Source: Neovahlkampfia damariscottae (taxonomy: Eukaryota). From it: a stretch of 46,358 nt of DNA. Of this stretch, positions 22,694 to 34,494 are shown piece by piece (position 1 is the first letter of the stretch; each line of letters begins with the position of its first letter). The position numbers were made by a program, and so were the translations under genes. The stretch is taken from NCBI GenBank assembly GCA_016618085.1, contig JABLTG010000018.1:124001-170358 (forward strand), given 5' to 3'. A model generated the notes under the pieces. It saw only the letters and a program-made list of their open reading frames with translations, did not search any database and was not told the DNA's origin.

Positions 22694-24339
22694 ATGAGTG
22701 AAAACGTTTGAAACACAATTGAATAACTCTTTTTCTCAGGAAATTTTTGAACTGATACCAGTCTCCAAGAGTTTTAAATCAGTGATATTGGAAGAATCCA
22801 CAACATTAGGAAGATTAAAGTCACTTCCTGAAAATTGTAGGTTCACAGATTCAAGGATAAGTACTAAACATTGTTCTTTGTATATAAAAGAAAACAGGTT
22901 GTACATTAAAGACTCCAGGTAAAAACAAAAAAAAATTTATTTTTTCAGCACGAATGGCACTTTTATCAACGGAAATAGAATAGATAAAGATAAAGAAGTT
23001 GAATTAAAAAATGATGATATTTTGTGTTTGAGTGTTCCTTCAAGTTTAGAAGGTTTACCAAGTTACAAAATTTCAATTAAAAATTATGAAGCCACACCAC
23101 TCATTGACCAAACTTTAGAAATTGAAGAAGGTTTTTTGAAAAGAACAAGAGATGAAGAAGAACCTATTGAAGAAGAAAAACCTTTAAAATCTCAAAAAAT
23201 AGATGACAAAAGTCAACAAGAATTAAGTCAAGAAGATCCAATGGAAGAAAATTTATTATGTCCAATTTGTTCAGATATATTTTACAAGTGTATTACTGTA
23301 TTACCTTGTTTACATAATTTTTGTGCTCCTTGTTATTCAAGCTGGATGAAATCACAAAATTTACATGAAAATTGTCCACAGTGTCGTCAAACAGTTGATG
23401 AAGTACGTAAGAATCATGGAATACAAAATTTTGTTGATACTTATTTAAAATTACATCCTAAAAAACAAAAATCAGAAGAAGAAATTAAAGAATTAGAAAA
23501 AGAAAATACAATCACTGACGAATTTGTAAATTTAAGAAATAACTAAAAAAAAATAGTTACGAAATCAAGTAAAATTAAGATCAAATAACAATGGAAATGG
23601 TTTTGGAGGTGGTTTTGGTTTTGGTGGTTTTACTGGTGGTTTTCATCCAATCAATAACAACGATACATATTACTCAGATGATGAAGAAGAAATATTTTCT
23701 GAAGAAGAATATCCAGACAATTCCACTACATGTCAAGAATGTATCCAACCAGGCACAGATGGATTTCAATGTTCGAGAGACACCCCAAATCATGTTACTT
23801 GTTCAGCATGTTATAAATTAATGCCGTTAAGAGATCCAGTTCCACAAGACAGACCACAAGAATGTATGAGATGTCAAAAATATTTTTGTGAACAATATTT
23901 TGGTAATTGCACAGGATTGAATCAAACAGGTCAATTTAAAAAAATTAAAGATCACAAATTTTCTGTTTTACCAACAGATTCATTAAATGGAAACCAGTAC
24001 GAAAGAGAAATTCTGTTGAATTACATGGCTAGAAAGAGTTATTCAACTAATCGATTGTTTGTTGAAATTTGTCGTAAAATAGATGATGGAACATTATCCA
24101 CTTCAGATTATGATGAATCAAATGATGTTTCAACATCTGATTATGTTTGTAATTTTTGTGTGACTGAATTTTTTTCATCAATGATTTATGACTTTCGTTT
24201 GTCCATTCCAGAAGATCAATTTCCAAAAGAAGTAATTCAAAGACCTGATTGTTGGTATGGAAGAGAATGTAACACACAAAAACATAATTTAATGCATGCA
24301 AAGAAATTTAATCACATTTGCGAAAATAAAAAAAAATAA
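22694..24339 (+). CDS. CHFR: E3 ubiquitin ligase CHFR (FHA + RING + Cys-rich + PBZ)
   Basis: FHA (LGR...ISTKH...DSSTNGTF), RING (CPIC...LPCLHNFCAPCY...CPQCR) and terminal RPDCWYGRECNTQ...HAKKFNHICE. Introns at 22706-22739, 22919-22948 and 23526-23556. Confidence 0.92.
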
Positions 24340-24404
24340 ATTTTCGGTTCAATTGGAGTGAATTTCATTGGTGTAAAAAAATAAACTTGTTGACTCACGA
24401 ATCG

Positions 24405-25467
24405 ATGTCCATCAACACAAGTTTATTTTTTATACCTTTAGGTATATTTGATTTCATTCTTTTTGTAATAGCCATAATTTGGACAATTTGTTCAAGAGGT
24501 CTTTTGAAAGCATTTTCACTTCAAAGACAATTATTTTTTTGTATGGGTTTAAATAGGTTTATTCGAGTGATACAAATACTATTGATATATCAAATATGTC
24601 CTATTACAAATAAAGCTCATTATTGTGAAACACTTTCACATGTGGCTCAAGCATTGGATTTAACTGCTTCTTTATTGAATTTAACAACCTATTTGACTCT
24701 CGCTATGTTTTGGTATTTTTTTTTTACAATTTAGTGTTCAACAGGGCTGAAGAATACCATTCCATTAAATTACATAACTCAAATGAATTTCAAATCAATT
24801 TGAAAAAAATTCAATTCATTCTACAAATGGTGTTTTGGTTCATCATTTTGATTGCGTAAAAAAAAAAACAAATCATAATTTCGAATAGTTTTGGTTATAT
24901 TGCTTTCATTATGTTGTTAATTTTCTCAGTTGAAGCACTGAGTTCCAATACAATTGCTTATAAAATCACCAGATTAGTATCGAATTTTTTTGATTTAAAA
25001 TTCTATTTTAGGCTTTTCGAGTGACTACAAGTTTGTTGATTGCAATTTTTCTATCATTATATGGATTTCTGATTATCAAAGAGTATCGAATGCTCAATCG
25101 ATCAAACAAAAGACTTTTCAAAATTGCAATCATTACATCCATTTCAACAATCACTTTTTTGATTTTAACACTTGGAAATATCATCAAATTTTTGATTACA
25201 TCTTTTGGAAATGATGCTATTATTTCATTGGAGCAAAATATTGGCTGGGTGGTTTCAAATTTGTCAGGATATTTAGAATTATTTACTATTGGATTATTGA
25301 TGTTTAGTTTGACTCCAAAAAGGATCACTCAAGTTATTTGTTGTTGCGAATTTAAAAATTTATCATTGGATGAAACATTAGATGGAAATTATGCAGATGT
25401 TCCTGATTCATTGAGTAATACATTTGAAGAACCTGATTTCAAATACTATTTTAAAGAAGATGAATAA
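24405..25467 (+). CDS. Multi-pass (about 7TM) membrane protein, THH1/TOM1/GPR137-like
   Basis: About seven hydrophobic segments and TTYLTLAMFWAEEYH after splicing. Introns at 24713-24744, 24856-24888 and 24977-25011. Confidence 0.7.
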
Positions 25468-25663
25468 AAATTTGTTGAACAAAAAAAGAAGTGTCCCACT
25501 TCCAAGTTTTTAGGTTGCACAACACCTCCTCTGCCCAATGAGGGCAGAAGAAATTGAGAAATTTTTTTGAAGAACCACATTTTCAAGTTGAAAAAAAAAT
25601 TAAGGTTGACTTTTCCTCCAATCGGAGAATTTTTCATTTCCACAGACAAATTTCCGAACAAAG

Positions 25664-26813
25664 ATGAAGAAACTTTTTTTACTGTTTCTCCTACTATTCT
25701 CTTTCACTCATCAAAAAACTGTCAAAGAAAGAGTTTCTGAATTTATAACAGATCCATTGGTTAACAAATTAGTTGACAAAATTAATCCTGTAAAAACAGA
25801 CGAGTTTAATGATATTTTTAAAACAAAAAACAAATTTTCAGAGATTAAAGTAGCTCAAGAGGAAGAACAAAAATCCACAGAAATTTCAAAGAGAGCAACA
25901 AAACGATGCTACAATGCAGGAATTGCTGTTGAATATTTCCAAGGAAATTCAACACATAACTCAACAACACAAGGTTGCGTTTGTACTTTAGATAGATATA
26001 AACATGATTGTAGAAGTTTAAGAACACATATATGTACACCAAAATTGAAATTTCCAACAAAAAATTGTCAATTTCCACAAGGGTTTCAAAAAAATTAATT
26101 AACATTTTTTTAGTTCTGCTATTGGAACATCTTTTTTATCAGGTGATCATCCTTGTTTATATTACCATTCAAATGATACTGTCGACTTTTATTTTGAAGT
26201 TTCATGCCAATTCACGGCTCCAGCTTCATACCTTGAAAATTTTCCGACAGAGATCATTAACAACTTTACTGTGAAAAATTTAAAAACAAAAAAAGATGAC
26301 ACTATTTTAAATATTATGAATAATCATAATTATCAATGGATTTCACATCCAGGTCAATTGAACGCTACTTTTGCAATTCGGAGATTTCCTATTGGTGTTT
26401 TTGAATTCAGGGCTTATAATTTTTACGCGTTGACAGATGAATCAAACACTTGGACTCAAAGATTAACTGCTGACGTCATGAAAGGATCACCAATTCATTT
26501 TCCTGTTTGGTTTGGCAATATTTCAAGAGAATTCTTTGCTGGAAATCGATTATACATTGACGCAGGTGATACACAATTAACATCCACGTTTGAATCATTT
26601 TTTATTGATTTCACAAATTTGAATGATCCTGGAGCTGAATATCCACTTGTAGACACATTTAAATATATTGGAATTGGAACAGGAGTGTAAGTTTCAATTT
26701 TATTTTTTATTCTTTTGTGCAGAGGAGCTGGTGTTGTAATTATAGGATTCGCCTTGATGTGCTTTTTTGTTAACAAATACGGAGAAGAAAGAGAGTTGAG
26801 AAAAAATGAATAA
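25664..26813 (+). CDS. Type I membrane protein with EGF-like Cys motif
   Basis: Signal peptide, CYNAG...CVCTLDRYKHDC and a C-terminal transmembrane segment with a short tail. Introns at 26083-26113 and 26687-26722. Confidence 0.72.
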
Positions 26814-26968
26814 TTCAACGAACGTTTTTCTATTTGACAATGTGTGGAAAATTAAAGATTTCAAATTGAATGTGTTTGTTAATTAACTTAATTATTGGTG
26901 ATTTAATTCTCCGGTGGACAATTTTGGATTTTTGTCCAATTGGAATTTTTCTCCACCTATAATTAAAC

Positions 26969-28013
26969 ATCCATTCTTTTTATAACTCCAATCATAATTG
27001 TCAGCAACAAGTGTTGAAAAAAACTCTTTGTCTTTTTCAGTGATAACTGGATGATAAAAATCTGTATCTGTGAAATCAAATACTTTAATTTCTCTTTTGA
27101 TTAATAAATTTTCATTCATGAAATTCTTAGAAGCATATTCTATGAATTCTGTGGTTCTAATATCTTGATTTTTTATCAAAAACTATTTGAAGGTAAATTT
27201 GTTTAAAAATAGTTCTGAAAAGTGCAGTTGGTTCTTTTTCTTTTGCTCTGACATCTTTTTAACTTCTAATAAAAAGTCAAAAGAACCTTCTTCGTATTCA
27301 GATTTTAGGAAGGTGTAGTAAAGTTTTTGTACTGTTTTGTCAGTGAAAATAGATTCAAAATTGACTTCATAGTTTTGGAGAATTTCTAGTGGGGTTAAAT
27401 CTACTGCAAAATTCACCTGCAGTTACACATTTTGATATTATCACAGCTTTGAACTCTGATGAACAAATGACTATTTTAAGAGACAATAAAATTGATGAAC
27501 AAGTCAAAAATGACGGAGTAATTGTCAGTGCTACACATATTGTTGCTCCAGGAGCGATGAAAAATATGAAAGCTTATAGTACATCCACTTTATATCTTGA
27601 AGGAAATGATATTGTTTTTCTCTGGAAATGCTGCAAAAATTTCCAACCTGATGAAGAAATCTTGAAAATCCACAAAGGTGATTTTTACTCCAAAAAAGGA
27701 AAGAAAAAAGAAAAAGAAACTTATGTCTTCCAATGATTAATGCATTTATAGACATTCCAAAATTGGTGAAAATTTGACAAAAGTTGTTTGCACTGGATTT
27801 CAAAATTATGTTATCAAAGATTCAAATTTGGATATTGTCAAATTCTCAAAGAAAATGTTTGAATCAAGATGTCAAGGATTAAGATCACAATTGATTCAAG
27901 AAATTAAAGATGAATTACCAAATATGAAGAATTGGGTATATGATGACTTGATGGGAAAAATGTGTTTGAAAGTATTAGAAGAATACAAATTAAAAAATGA
28001 AAATGAAGATTAA
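26969..28013. pseudogene. RGS-START paralogue broken by an internal inversion (26971-27414), deletions and frameshifts
   Basis: The minus strand carries YEVNFESIF...TFLKSEY...LVADNYDW, homologous to the 5' half of the 5170 gene. The plus strand from 27415 carries the START-like half, with stops near 27736-27770. Confidence 0.75.
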
Positions 28014-28087
28014 AAATTAATAACACAGATCTCTTTCATATTCATTTTTTTTGATATTTCAACTTCTATCCTATGTTATGTCTTTAT

Positions 28088-29160
28088 TCATATAATTCGA
28101 ATCTTCTTTTCTGGAGGAATGGAAAATTTTGGAGAACGATTTTTGTGTAACAAAATAAGTTCTTCAGTATAAATTGATAAATATTTTTTGATTTCTTTTT
28201 CATTTGGATTGTTAATTTTTGGAAACTGAACTGGTGAACCAATGACACATGCACATTTTGTTTTCATTGGAATCAAATTAGATACCAAAGGAATACTGAT
28301 TCCAAAAAATTTCTTGAATATCATCCTTGGATAATTCAAAAAGATATTGTCTGATTCAAATTGATCATAAACCTTCATTGAATGTGAATACTGGAACAAT
28401 TGGCACTCTATTTCTCAACGCCATTTTGATAAATCCAAATCTCTTGGACAAAACAACTACATCTTCTTTGGGTGTAACATATAGTGCTTCCTCGGCTCCG
28501 CCAGGATAAACACCAATCGAAATTCCCTTCTTCAATAAATCATCTCCAACGGTGGATGTTGCTTCGACTGCTCCTGCATGAAGTAACAAATCTCTATAAA
28601 AAAGATAAAAAGGAATATAAAAAACAAATGTAGTAGCAAGTATTCTTAAATTTAAATGAGGAAAATTCGATGAAAATTATTTTTTGTCAATTTTTCATGC
28701 ATTGCAATTTGTCCACAAAAAGGAAGGACACCATGTGGATGAAAAGCAAATAAATAAGTTTTTTCATTCAATTCAGTTGTTTTTACAAGTGTAATAGAAA
28801 AATAATTTACAAAGAAATTCCATAAATTCCAGTTCCTGACTGTTGTATTTCTGGAAGCAGATTTTTCACCATTGTCAACAAATGAAAAAAAGTAATACTA
28901 AAAAATTAAAAAAAAAATTCTTTACAACTGTAAGTATTGTGAACAGAGGTATTTTTATGAGTGAATCCAAAAAATAACAAATTGGAAACATAAAAAAAAA
29001 CAGAATCAGAATTTTGTTGGAAAACTCTATTGTTCCTTTTTGAAGAATTAATATTTTTCTTCTTACGATTTATTTTCTTTCCATTGAATGGTTTGAATAC
29101 AGTAACCAACAAAATGATAAAAAATAAACAAACACACTCAATAGAGACAAGTAATATCAT
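28088..29160 (-). pseudogene. DGAT2/MOGAT family acyltransferase, frameshifted
   Basis: FAFHPHGV, VYPGGAEEAL, RFGFIKMAL and PIVPVFTFNE are present. The frame breaks at about 28670 (TAA 28652-28654), about 28600 (short cttttat duplication) and about 28372. Sequence error cannot be excluded. Confidence 0.7.
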
Positions 29161-29199
29161 TGGAGGAACATTAATCCAAACCTGATTGGAAGAAAAAAC
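29161..29199. promoter_or_regulatory. 39-bp bidirectional promoter (DGAT2-like / actin-related protein)
   Basis: Divergent ATGs at 29160 and 29200, with TGATTGG (ATTGG at 29185). Confidence 0.6.
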
Positions 29200-30261
29200 A
29201 TGAATTCTTTTGTTGTTGATGTTGGCAGTGATACAATAAGAATTGGATACTCAGGAGATAAGAAACCAAAACGTCAAATTTTGAATTTTTTGGCTTCACA
29301 AAAAGAAGAAGAAAAAGAAAAAAAATACAAGTCCTTTTATATTGGCAAAGATTTTTTAGACATCAAAGAAAAATGTAAATTTGACATTTCATATCCTATG
29401 GAAAAAGGTTTAATTCGAGATTTTGATAAAATGACACAAATTTTTGAGAAAACGTTCAATACAGTTGGCGTTGATAATGGTGATAAATTTTTATTATCTG
29501 ATTCACATTTGACACCAAAAAAAGATAGAGAAACCATCACACAATATATTTTTGAAGATGTATCCGCTTCAATGTTTTATTTGATGAAAATACCATCAAT
29601 GACAATGTATTCAACTGGAAATCAATCTGGGCTTGTTTTGAACAGTGGAGCTGACCATACAAATACCGTAGCCGTTTATGAAGGATTCATATTGCCACAA
29701 TCGTCATTTTCAACAGATATTGGTGGTAGAACAATCACCAATTCAATCATCAATCATTTATCAAAATTTAACTTTTGTTCCGTTGACAGAATACCAAGAG
29801 ATATAAAAGAAAAATTGTGTTATATTTCACCTTATGATACATCAAAAGATCTAAAAGAGTATGTATTGCCTGATTCAACATCTATCTCATTAGAAGATGT
29901 GTCATCATTCACTGAATGTTTGTTCAATGGAATAGACTCAAAAAATACTTCGATCCAAGAAATTTTGAATAAATCAATATTAAGTTTAGATCAACAAAGT
30001 ATATGTGAAGAGTTTTCTAGAAATTTAGTTTTGAGTGGTGGAAATTGTTTACTCAAAGGTTTTGAAGATAGATTACTTTCAGAAATGAACATATTAAACG
30101 GTGATTTTGAATATAAAACTGTTAAAACAGAAGATAAACTTAATTCAACATGGTTGGGAGGATCTGTTGCTTCAAGCATGGATACATTTAACATGATGTA
30201 CATTTCAAAAAATGAATATGAAGAAGTTGGACCTTCAGTTGTGAATAAAAAATGCTTTTAA
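29200..30261 (+). CDS. Divergent actin-related protein
   Basis: VVDVGS, YPMEKGLI, AVYEG, IGGRTIT, DIKEKLCY, LVLSGGN, TWLGGS and YEEVGPSVVNKKCF. Intronless. Confidence 0.92.
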   Translation: MNSFVVDVGSDTIRIGYSGDKKPKRQILNFLASQKEEEKEKKYKSFYIGKDFLDIKEKCKFDISYPMEKGLIRDFDKMTQIFEKTFNTVGVDNGDKFLLSDSHLTPKKDRETITQYIFEDVSASMFYLMKIPSMTMYSTGNQSGLVLNSGADHTNTVAVYEGFILPQSSFSTDIGGRTITNSIINHLSKFNFCSVDRIPRDIKEKLCYISPYDTSKDLKEYVLPDSTSISLEDVSSFTECLFNGIDSKNTSIQEILNKSILSLDQQSICEEFSRNLVLSGGNCLLKGFEDRLLSEMNILNGDFEYKTVKTEDKLNSTWLGGSVASSMDTFNMMYISKNEYEEVGPSVVNKKCF

Positions 30262-30283
30262 AGAATCATTCAATCAATTTGGT

Positions 30284-30941
30284 TTATAAATAAATTTTTG
30301 TTCTATTACTGATTTCTGATCTGCATATTGGACAAATAGATTCAGTAAATGCTTCTGTGCAAGGTTCACAATAAACATGCCCACAATTCAATGCAATATT
30401 CTTATTGTTATCAAAACAAATTGGACACAATTTGAAATCTTCATCAGAATTCGATTCATTATTTGTTGAATCTATTTGTTGAGTTTGTGTGATTGGAATT
30501 CCTTCATGAGTTTTCTTCACATTATCAACAATATCTGATGCCAAATCCTAAAGTGTCAAAAAAAATTTTGATTTTGTTCCTTGATTTTTAAAGTAATAAA
30601 GTCTTGATGGTAATGCAGAGAGTATCTCATGATAATCTTTTAAAATTTCATTGAGTGTATCAGCTGTTGCAAGCTCAAAATACTTTGGGAAAAAATGTTA
30701 AAATTTAATCGTTTTTAAACAGGTTTGAATGTGGTTATAACTCGAAAGTTACAAACTTCTTGACAAAAAAAAAGTTTAGATGTTTAGTTTGAAACTTTTT
30801 AATCAATGTTCTGAAGGTTTTTCCAAGAGGTCCTGCTTCATAACGTTGGATGCAGATTAATTTATTTTCATCTGTTTTTTTTTGTTTCCACATTAGTTTT
30901 CCTACTGTTTTAGACTCTCTTGGTGGATTTTGTATTGTCAT
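30284..30941 (-). CDS. C-terminal C3HC4 RING protein, tandem copy 1 (two splice sites non-canonical; possibly a pseudogene)
   Basis: CPICFDNNKNIALNCGHVYCEPC...CPICR. Exons align with copy 2. Inferred introns: 30764-30795 (GT-TG), 30683-30720 (GT-AG) and 30548-30580 (GG-AG). Confidence 0.65.
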
Positions 30942-31030
30942 TTGTTGGAGATTGAAGTTGATGATGGAATGTATTTTTAGAACTATCTTGTCCAATAAAA
31001 AAATGAATATGTTAGGAATTTGTTTTAACC

Positions 31031-31695
31031 TCATAAAAATATTTTAATTTTGTTTTTTATTTCTACTCTACATATTGGACAGTTATTTTCTGGTAAAATA
31101 CTCAAACAATCTGAACAAAATAAATGACCACAATTCAATGCAATATTCTTCTCATTAACGAAACAAACAGTGCATAATTTATAGTCTTCTTCTTCTTTAT
31201 CTTCAATAGGTTTATCTATATTCATATTTTTTAAATTGGATTTTATTTCTTCTGCCAATTCCTTTAACAAAAAAAATAAAAAAATAAATCACTGATCTAC
31301 CTTATTTTTCGAAGAGAATTTTTTTGGTAAAATAGATTCAACAGTAAAATAATCTTTTAAAATATCATCAAAACTCTCTGAAACAGCCAATTCTAAATAC
31401 TATTCAAAAATTAAACATAAAACATCAAAACAGGTTCAAAAGTTGTTATCACTCTAAAAGTAGGTGCATCTTCTCTGAAAAAAAAAGTTTAAGCTAAAAT
31501 GGTTGATTTTACTTTTTTATTAAAATTCTGAATGTTTTTCCAAAAGAACCAAAGATTCCATACTCCTGCAAACAAATTAATTTTTTTTGATCATATTTTA
31601 ATTGTTTCCTTTTTATTGTTAGAGAATCAAAAATTGTTTTACCAACACACATCACCAGGAGTCTTTGAAATTCTTGGCGGATTTTTTATCACCAT
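31031..31695 (-). CDS. C-terminal C3HC4 RING protein, tandem copy 2
   Basis: MVIKNPPR... through CTVCFVNEKNIALNCGHLFCSDC...CPICR. Four canonical introns at 31609-31642, 31475-31512, 31400-31431 and 31262-31300. Confidence 0.85.
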
Positions 31696-31981
31696 CACTC
31701 ACCAAACTAATTTGTCCAATGAAAATGGTTAGAAGATTCAAAGTTATTTTTGTTGACAACTGTTATTCATTATTTTGAGGATTTTCAATCAGTATTTCAG
31801 TTTTTTTTCATCAATTCCTTCTTCTTTCTGTTTACTGAAATCTTTGACTTTTCTGTGTAATTTCTTGATTCAACAATCATAATCAACTCCTCTTCTGGTA
31901 TTTGATCCTAAACAACTGATTGAAGGGATTTTTGGATCATTAGGGAATCATCTTGTCAAAGGAGTAGGAATTGCTGTTTGT

Positions 31982-32016
31982 AAAATGGCAGTTAACGAAG
32001 AAGCAACTGCCATTTT
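31982..32016. repeat. Perfect 12-bp inverted repeat (hairpin)
   Basis: AAAATGGCAGTT-[11 nt]-AACTGCCATTTT. Confidence 0.85.
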
Positions 32017-32058
32017 GAGCTCCTCTTGCAAGTGTTAATTTTTTTTTGAACAGAAAAT

Positions 32059-34494
32059 TTATTTATTTGGATCACTCATATTCCTCATCGTTTTTAATCT
32101 TCTATAATCTTCATATTTTGCAGAATTTGGATATAGCTGAGCCATCTCACGAAACAACGGAGTTTTCATAAAATTATTATATGATTTTTTTAAACTGTTA
32201 TACATGTACTGCTCAACAAAAGAATAAAATGAATCCATATCAATTTTATCCTTTTGCATCTTTCCTTCAAAATATGCATCTGTATTCTAATAAAGAAACT
32301 GTGTTAAAAAAAAAAAAATGAAATTTACTTCCCCTAGATAGTAAATTGAAAAATTATTGAAGAAGGTATTCGACATCATTTCAACATATTCATTTCTTTG
32401 TGTATCATTATCCTCTTTTGAAAAAACATTTTGAATAAATTCGTAAAATAGAAATTGGGATAGATTTCCTTCTTTGGCAATAAATAAACGTAAATAGTTG
32501 ATTCTGTTTGGATTTGTCAATACATCTTTGAGATACATTTGAAAATCTTCATGTTGATCCGATTGAAGAGCTTTAAATATTGTAAATTTTCGTCCAGTAT
32601 TCGGTTGTTGATCAGTGTTTTCAACCATTGATAAATCAACCATGGTTGTTTTAAATCCACTTGATAAATTATAGAATGGTTTATGTGAAGTTTTAACATC
32701 TTCTGAAGGTATCATTGCAAATTTTAAAAAATCAAATTTTTCTGAATTCGGTGTTTTTTTAATATATTGTTGTCCAATCACCTCAAAATTATCCAGCAAA
32801 AATCCAGCAGTAATAGATTCTTTTTTACTTGATTTACTTTTAAAAATACCTAAAACTGTTGGTAAAACAGTTACATCAACTTTGAATGCTTTATGAAGTT
32901 CCATACCAAAATCACTTATCGCAGCAATTTTGATATATTTCTTACCAATACCAGAATCAAAAAACTCTGCTTCTTTATCTTTCAATTCTAAATGAACAAC
33001 TATTGGTATTGTATTTACTTGTAATAAAGCTTTATGACATTTTGCAATATCTTCAAAAATATGAAGACAATGATTACTTGATAAATGTGATACAAAATAT
33101 AACAAAACTCTGTATCCTCTTCTCATAAATTGAGCAACTGAATCACCTTTATTTGAAACCATCATACCGTATAAATCTTTTTCAATTTTAACAAAACTTT
33201 GTAGTTTTTTTATTTCTGGTGATTTAACTTCAGTAGTTGATTTTTCAGATTCAGTTCTCTCTCTTGGTGAAGCAATTACATCAAAAAATGATTTAGATTC
33301 CAATAATTTATGTTCTTTTAAAGAGTTTTCATATTCTTCAACAACTGTTCTTCTTCGGTCTGTTTGAAAAAAATCATAAGATGAAAAACTCATTGTCCCA
33401 AGTGGATTGGTTGTTCCAAGATCCATAGAATCTGTCAATGAAGTTGATGATAATTCAGGTGCTTTTGAAGAAGGTAATGGTGGCATTGGAACGGATAATG
33501 ATTTGGCAGATGGTGATCTTTTTCTTCCAATTAATGTGCAAATTACACTTCCATCTTCCTTATTTTCTCGTAAATTAACATGAATATGTTCTTGACGTCT
33601 TGGTGATGAAAATGATTTTGAATGTTTTGGTGATAATCCATGATTCCTTGGTGATAATTGAGCAAATTCTTCGTTTATTGAATTTGGTAATTTAATTCTC
33701 TTTTTTTTAATGACTGACTTTGGTGATGACATTTTATTTGGTGAAGACAGTTTTGGTGAAAAGTGATCATCTGAGTTACTTTCTTCAGTTGTTTGTTTTC
33801 CTTCAATTCCTACTTCTTTTTCTATTGGTATATAAACATGTTGATCGTCAATTTTTGAAATAACAGGTGGTTCCATATTCAATTGCATGTGATGTTTTTT
33901 TTGTTTTGTTGTTTCATTTTTTGGTAAAACTAATGGCTTTATATAAGGTTTTTGAAATTTTTCTTTTTTTGGTTTTTTGTGAATATCCTTCAAAGGTTTA
34001 GTGGATAAAACCATGGGTTTTCTTGGTGTCACTGCTCCTCTTGCATAATTTTTGACTTCTAATTCAACTGATTTATATTTTATTTCTTCATTTTTTTTCG
34101 GAGAATTATTTGGTGATTTCTTTTCAATAAATTCGTTTTTTGGAGATTCCATTGTTATATCCTGTTCCACATCTGGTGTTTCTGAGACTTTTTTATCAGG
34201 TGAGTTTGTTGTTGTATTTTCATTTTTCAAAATCGCTACAATGTCTTCTTCTTCATCGTCACTAGAAGGTGGATTTAATATATTTTGTATTTCATGATAT
34301 ATTCTTTTTCTTTCACCAATTTTTTTTATACAAAGTTCTGTTTTCAAATCTTCTTTTGAAAGCTCTAAAAAATCTTCACCTCTAACTTCGTTTTCCAGAA
34401 ATAATTCAAGTGTTTCTTGTGATATTCCTAATGAACCTAACCATGAAGCAACTTCTTCAACGGAAAGAGACTTCACCCAGTCGGCTTGAGACAT
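32059..34494 (-). CDS. SAM + disordered linker + AhpC/TSA-like + RGS domain protein
   Basis: SAM (SVEEVASWLGSLGI...FLENEVRGEDFLELSKEDLKTEL) and SPR/SPK-rich linker. Thioredoxin-like segment (VLLYFVSHLSSNHC...ISDFGMELHKAF) and RGS-like end (LKDVLTNP...FLFYE...SYNNFMKTPLF). A 42-nt intron lies at 32287-32328. Confidence 0.75.

Noticed and set aside
31976..31992. Minus-strand GCCATTTTAC resembling U5 snRNA loop 1 (GCCTTTTAC)
   Set aside because: It has an extra base, lies in a stem rather than a loop, and has no convincing U5 stem or Sm-site context.
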